Part shown: positions 58,954 to 64,000 of the stretch, one piece after another
How positions within the stretch are numbered: position 1 is the stretch's first letter
Layout of the letters: each line of letters begins with the position of its first letter
DNA from: a virus
Taxonomy: Duplodnaviria > Caudoviricetes
DNA: 64,000 nucleotides
Reading direction: 5' to 3' (one strand)
IMG/VR virus record: IMGVR_UViG_3300028048_000039
Location: 160,001 to 224,000 of that record
Notes under the pieces: model-generated
The model's database searches: none
Seen by the model: only the letters and a program-made list of their open reading frames with translations
Told to the model about the DNA's origin: nothing
Translations under genes and position numbers: made by a program

Positions 58954-61398
58954 ATGTGGGTATTAAATGAATCAACGAGAGATAACTTGTTAATTCCATA
59001 TGTAGAATTATATAATAGCAAGGTAGAAAAGCCTGAGGAAAAGACAAATGTTTCGCAGATGAAACAGTTCTTATTGAAGAAATTCGTGAATGAAGCATCA
59101 ATGAGAAATCTCTCCCTTGAGTCAAATTATTATCTTGCTGGTGTTGCGAGATACTATTTCAATGGCGACCTTACAAAGAATAAGGTTCTTAATATCTTTG
59201 ATAATAGTATTACAGATGAGTTTATTGAAGAAATATGCCAGAGGCTTAATGCTCTCATATTAGTATTAAGGAACGCCTATATTGATACCATCGGAACTGA
59301 ATTTCCACAACCAGAAGATTTCGGAACATTGTCAATTAAGAAACTTCTTAGGAAATATAACAAGGCAATTAACGCAGAGCTTGGCGAGGAAGAAAAGAAA
59401 AACGGTGAGGAAGAGGAGGAGAATAAGCTAGATACAAGTGATAGGGTTGGAAATGGTTATAGCTTTGACATTCTCTATTCATTTAATGACGCAACAAGAT
59501 ATAATAAAGCCACCGAGCCAGGCGCTTGGTGTATTACTTACGGTTCAGGACACTTTGAATACTACACTAGAAACTTGGATGGCCACTTTGTAGTCTTTAA
59601 GAAAGATGGCTATGAAAGAGTTAAGAGAAAGAAAGGCGAGGGTTTTCCTCGTGATGAGTACGGTAGTTCACTCATCGCATATCTCCAAAGTAATACCGGA
59701 ATAGCACCAAAACAAATCACTTCGAGATGGAACCATGGGGCTGGTGACGTTGATTGTCGTGAAGGTGACCATGCATTTAATAAAGAACAATTCCAACAAA
59801 TTACAGGGGTTTCAGATGCAGACCTCAAGAGAATCTTTGAGATTTGGAGAGCAAATACCAACGAAAAATTAAAGAGAGATGCATTGACCAGGAAGGAGAA
59901 AAACCTTGAAATGAAGAAGGTAACAAGAATTCTTAAGTATGCCCAAATGTTGCTTAATGAAGGAATGTCTATTGAGGAGGCATTTAAGGAATTTGCAAAG
60001 GATAAACATAAGAATGTCGAAGACATATTAAATACGACAATGTTAACGAACTCTGATAGAGCTAGCGACCCTAATACAACACCAAAGGCATTAAGAAAGT
60101 TAATGAGAAATTCGGTCATTGGTGTAGCATTAAATGTATCAGAAGGCGTTGATTATTCATTCTTAATTGACAGGAATAAGATTATATTTGAAAGCGTTGT
60201 CGAAGGGAAAAATTCATTCAATACATATGACGGGTTATCGTTAATTGAATTTTCTAGGGAGATAGGTGGTAGAATGCAATATACCTTCTATGATACAATA
60301 AATCATAAGATATTGAACATTGACGGAGTAACTAAGTTTAAAGTTGCAAGATTTAATTCTAACTCCACAAATAACAGTGCGTCTAGAATATTATGTATAG
60401 GAGAAAACAACGTAAAATGGGCCGCAATTGATGCTGAGACAAATAAACCGATAACACTTCCAAATGGACGGGTATGGTCCGAATGTATTAAGGAAAATGG
60501 TGATAAGATGTATTATAGGTCAACTAGATATGGTACAGAAACAATAAAAAGAGATACTTCTATAATTACATTTACCTATGATAGTTCTGCTCGTATTTTC
60601 TACACTTATGACGTTAAGAGTAAGAAGTTCATTGATATTCCAGATGGCTGGAATGTGTATCAATATCAGCCTCGTTGTTTTGGTCTTGTTATGCTAACTG
60701 ACGCCAGTTGGCAATTTAGCGAGATTATGTTCTATGAAAATGGTGAGAGGAGTAAGATACTCCCAGGGATTTATGCGGCTAGAGATAAGCTGATATACAA
60801 TTATTATTCAGCATTCCAAGTTAAAAATTATATAGCACTTGAGGATAGTGAAACCCGTGAATGCTTTATCTTTAATACGGAGACAAAGGAAAAGACTGAG
60901 ATACCATTTGTGGGTGGGTGTAATAAATATGAAATTGAAAGCGAGAAAATTTGTCGTAGTAGTGGCGTACTTAAATATCCGCATAGTAATGGCATTGGTT
61001 TCATCCTTTTCAAAAGAGTTAATAATAATCAGTACGGAATGAGAGATTGTCCAATACTGTTTTTCTCAACGGCTGCTGGGCGTTTCTTAAAAAACCCACT
61101 TGATAATTCATTATCATTTGCTACTCTCAGACAAAGTTATTGCTGGGGGGAAGAAGAATTACGACAAGTGTTGGAAAATTGTAGCTTTTTATACAATCCT
61201 TATGATGATATCTTTTACCTCAACAAAAAGCCATACAGACTTAATGTAGATGGTAGTGAGCTTGTTCCTCTTTACGCAAGGGAGGAGGCCCAGTCCGCAG
61301 CAGTAAATGAAATGAGAGTTAAAATTACCGAAACCGATATCAATAAGATGGTAACGGAGAGTGTTAAGAGAATAATTAGAAAACGATTATTAAAGTAA
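58954..61398 (+). CDS. large WCIT/RWNH-domain protein, paralog 2
   Basis: N-terminal ~330 aa highly similar to neighbours; C-terminal ITETDINKMVTESVKRII. Confidence 0.85.
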   Translation: MWVLNESTRDNLLIPYVELYNSKVEKPEEKTNVSQMKQFLLKKFVNEASMRNLSLESNYYLAGVARYYFNGDLTKNKVLNIFDNSITDEFIEEICQRLNALILVLRNAYIDTIGTEFPQPEDFGTLSIKKLLRKYNKAINAELGEEEKKNGEEEEENKLDTSDRVGNGYSFDILYSFNDATRYNKATEPGAWCITYGSGHFEYYTRNLDGHFVVFKKDGYERVKRKKGEGFPRDEYGSSLIAYLQSNTGIAPKQITSRWNHGAGDVDCREGDHAFNKEQFQQITGVSDADLKRIFEIWRANTNEKLKRDALTRKEKNLEMKKVTRILKYAQMLLNEGMSIEEAFKEFAKDKHKNVEDILNTTMLTNSDRASDPNTTPKALRKLMRNSVIGVALNVSEGVDYSFLIDRNKIIFESVVEGKNSFNTYDGLSLIEFSREIGGRMQYTFYDTINHKILNIDGVTKFKVARFNSNSTNNSASRILCIGENNVKWAAIDAETNKPITLPNGRVWSECIKENGDKMYYRSTRYGTETIKRDTSIITFTYDSSARIFYTYDVKSKKFIDIPDGWNVYQYQPRCFGLVMLTDASWQFSEIMFYENGERSKILPGIYAARDKLIYNYYSAFQVKNYIALEDSETRECFIFNTETKEKTEIPFVGGCNKYEIESEKICRSSGVLKYPHSNGIGFILFKRVNNNQYGMRDCPILFFSTAAGRFLKNPLDNSLSFATLRQSYCWGEEELRQVLENCSFLYNPYDDIFYLNKKPYRLNVDGSELVPLYAREEAQSAAVNEMRVKITETDINKMVTESVKRIIRKRLLK

Positions 61399-61399
61399 T

Positions 61400-63856
61400 A
61401 TGTGGTTAAACGAATCAAGTAGAGACAACTTACTTCAACCTTATGTAGATTTATACAATTCAAGGGTTGGGGCACCTGAGGAGAAGGCAACAGTATCGCA
61501 AATGAAACAGTTCTTGCTGAGGAAGTTTGTGAATGAGGCTTATATCAGGAACTTATCAATGGAATCAAATTATTATCTTGCTGGTGTGGCGAGGTATTAC
61601 TTCAATGGTGACCTTACAACGAACAAAGTCCTTAACGTCTTTGATAAGAATGTAACCGATGAATTCATCCAAGAAATATGTCAAAGACTTAATGCATTGA
61701 TACTTGTGTTAAGGAATGCTTATATTGATACGGTAGGTACACAATTTGAACAACCAGAAGACTTTGGGACATTGTCGATTAAGAAACTTCTTAGGAAATA
61801 TAACAAGGCAATTAATGCTGAATTGGGGGTAGAGGAGAAACCGAAGGAAGAAAAACCAAAGGAAGAACTCAATAGAGATGATAGGGTTGGAAATGGTTAT
61901 ACGTTTGATATTCTCTACTCATTTGAAGATGCAAGAAAATACAATAAATATACAGAGCCAGGTGCTTGGTGTATCACTTATGGCCAACAGCATTATGATG
62001 GTTATGTAAAGAGACTCGGTATCCATTACGTCATCTTCCGTAAGGACGGGTATGAAAGCCTTGATAGGAAGAAAGGACAGGATTTTCCACGTGATGAATA
62101 TGGTAGTTCACTCATTGCGCTCCTCCAAAGTAATAGAACAGGAAATCCAACTTACATAACATCAAGATGGAATCATGGTGCTAATGATTGTGGTTGGTGT
62201 GAAGCCGACCATGCGTTTACTAAGGAACAATTCATGGCAAAGACTGGGGTAACAGACGAAGACCTTCAAAGGATTTTCAAGATTTGGAAGACTGATACCG
62301 ACCAGAGAAGCGAAAGGGACATGATAAGTCGTAAGGAGCGTAATGCTGAGGTTAAAAAGGTGACAAGAATTCTTAAGTATGTTCAGATGCTTATGAATGA
62401 GGGTAACTTTGAAACTCAGTTTGGCGATTATGCTGACGGAAAACAGGAAGTTCTCTTAACGAACAGGGAAAGATATAACCAGCTTAGGGACACTGATGAA
62501 AACGGAAGTAACAAGAAGGCGATGAAGAAAGTATGGAAAAATTCGCTTGTTGGCGTCAGTCTTAAGATAAGTGATGGTGTATATTATGCTTTCCTAATTG
62601 ATAGGGGAAAGGTAATTTTCAATTCAATGGTAGATAATAGTAATTCAGTTAATAATATTTTTATAAATGTTGGAAATTTAAATATTGTAGCCATCAGGTG
62701 CGGAGAAAAGAATATGTATTATGACTTGGTGCATCATAAGATAATTGATATTGATGGCGTTACTAAGTTTAAACACATTTCAAACACGTCAAGACGAGAT
62801 GATTATCATGATACGAGATTAGGTTTACAAGCAACTCAAGAGGTACCATATTACCTGCTTGGCGATAAACTTAATAAGTGGGCCATGCTTGATGCTAAGA
62901 CTAACGATGTCATTGTCCTACCTAACGGTTCTTCGTGGGCCGAGGATATTCAACCATATGGAAATAGACGTTATAGTACAAGGGATAAACTTTTTGCAAT
63001 AGATGATGGTGATAACGTCATAAGATTTGTCTATGATAGTGCTTCTGGCGAGGAATATTATTATGAAAGAGACCTTAAAAAATTCATTGATATCCCTGAT
63101 GGTTGGATACTTAACCCAAGTGGTATTGGAAGAGTAAATGGGGTTTATACGTTAATACGTAGGCATCCTGATTATGGTTATTATTATACCGGAGCTACTG
63201 CCATTGAAATGAAGTTTTATAAAAACGGTGAACCTTATCAAGCACTTCCTGGCATTTATGATGGAATGATTAAATATAGTTATTACTGGGATAATGAAAG
63301 TGACCCATCTAGCAAATTTTTACTTATTAAAGAATATAATAGCCATGTTGCCTTTATGTTTGATTTTAATACTGAAGAAAAAATTCCACTACCAGAAGGT
63401 ACGTTAAGCAGTAATGACGTTTATATTTCTTCAATTCGTGTTCAAGAAGATGCAAAAGACGAAGCTTTGAGGGATAACTTACTTATCATTGCAATGAATA
63501 GGAGTTATAATAGATATAATGGCAGCAAAAACAGAAGTCTTCTCTTCTCCGTTAAGAATAAAAAATTCTTGATAAACCCTTATAATAATCAGTATATATT
63601 CAAGAATTTTATTACATCTTGGGGTAACCAGTGGCAGGTCAGCTCATACGATAAATTTGTATACTTTACAAGTGTAGAAAATTTCAAATGTGAAGGTCAC
63701 ACTTATTTCTTAGATAGTTCTGGTGAATTTAAGCGTGGTGACGTTGAATTAAAGAGAAATGAAGTAAATGAAATAAGGAAGGTTAATATTACAGAAAGGG
63801 ATATCAAGAAGATGGTTTCTGAATGCATTAAGAATGTCCTCTTGGAAATAATTTAA
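61400..63856 (+). CDS. large WCIT/RWNH-domain protein, paralog 3
   Basis: as above; C-terminal ITERDIKKMVSECIKNVL. Confidence 0.85.
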   Translation: MWLNESSRDNLLQPYVDLYNSRVGAPEEKATVSQMKQFLLRKFVNEAYIRNLSMESNYYLAGVARYYFNGDLTTNKVLNVFDKNVTDEFIQEICQRLNALILVLRNAYIDTVGTQFEQPEDFGTLSIKKLLRKYNKAINAELGVEEKPKEEKPKEELNRDDRVGNGYTFDILYSFEDARKYNKYTEPGAWCITYGQQHYDGYVKRLGIHYVIFRKDGYESLDRKKGQDFPRDEYGSSLIALLQSNRTGNPTYITSRWNHGANDCGWCEADHAFTKEQFMAKTGVTDEDLQRIFKIWKTDTDQRSERDMISRKERNAEVKKVTRILKYVQMLMNEGNFETQFGDYADGKQEVLLTNRERYNQLRDTDENGSNKKAMKKVWKNSLVGVSLKISDGVYYAFLIDRGKVIFNSMVDNSNSVNNIFINVGNLNIVAIRCGEKNMYYDLVHHKIIDIDGVTKFKHISNTSRRDDYHDTRLGLQATQEVPYYLLGDKLNKWAMLDAKTNDVIVLPNGSSWAEDIQPYGNRRYSTRDKLFAIDDGDNVIRFVYDSASGEEYYYERDLKKFIDIPDGWILNPSGIGRVNGVYTLIRRHPDYGYYYTGATAIEMKFYKNGEPYQALPGIYDGMIKYSYYWDNESDPSSKFLLIKEYNSHVAFMFDFNTEEKIPLPEGTLSSNDVYISSIRVQEDAKDEALRDNLLIIAMNRSYNRYNGSKNRSLLFSVKNKKFLINPYNNQYIFKNFITSWGNQWQVSSYDKFVYFTSVENFKCEGHTYFLDSSGEFKRGDVELKRNEVNEIRKVNITERDIKKMVSECIKNVLLEII

Positions 63857-63932
63857 TGAATATTTTGTTTTCTCAAATAAATTTTATATATTTACTCTAG
63901 AAGTTTAATTAAAATTTTGGAGGAAATAATTT

Positions 63933-64000
63933 ATGTGTTTGTATTCAAAGAAAAGAAAGAAGCTGATTGCTGAGGAAGACATACATTGTTGCAAGGTCCT
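63933..64000 (+). CDS. MCL/GFHSF family protein (partial, runs off the window)
   Basis: MCLYSKKRKKLIAEEDIHCCKV. Confidence 0.7.
   Translation, partial: MCLYSKKRKKLIAEEDIHCCKV

Noticed and set aside
56424-63856. Diversity-generating retroelement behind the variable C-termini
   Set aside because: No reverse transcriptase and no template/variable repeat pair with adenine-specific differences was seen.
1-64000. Stop-codon recoding (TAG=Gln) as in Lak megaphages
   Set aside because: Long ORFs are intact in the standard code, and TAG ends genes at the same position as TAA-ending paralogs (e.g. 525, 1892, 2745).

Overview
This window is 64 kb of an AT-rich, large (jumbo-type) tailed-phage genome read in the standard genetic code. 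The host is most likely Bacteroidota (Bacteroidales/Prevotella-like), based on TAnnTTTG-type promoters and a Bacteroidales-like RmlC. There are no core capsid, terminase or polymerase genes here. Three zones are visible. (1) 1-21.7 kb, + strand: accessory genes with expanded paralog families, DNA methyltransferases, a putative type II R-M pair, RmlC, DUF932 and HNH proteins, behind host-type TTTGTATATTTG promoters and without Shine-Dalgarno (SD) sites. (2) 28.6-49 kb, - strand: a phage sigma70-family factor, tRNA-Leu(TAA), a tRNA-like RNA with a long anticodon insert, and about 25 small acidic genes. Most of these genes are built as cassettes: a sigma54-type -24/-12 promoter (TGGCAC-N5-TTG[C/T]), a conserved leader, and a very strong SD (AAAAAGGAGGT). 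(3) Putative late/virion-internal genes at 21.8-28.5 kb and 49.9-63.9 kb behind a CTATTTAT motif; these share an 'I/L-x-E..L/I-K..V-x-E-S/C-V' peptide tag. The most striking candidate system is a structured, unannotated ~280-nt RNA (30755-31040, - strand) beside the sigma gene. It displays a single-stranded anti-SD (AACACCUCCUUUUU) complementary to the SD of the whole sigma54/SD island, suggesting a sigma54-driven, SD-marked early regulon with an RNA off-switch. Motifs were found by eye; all functional assignments are hypotheses.
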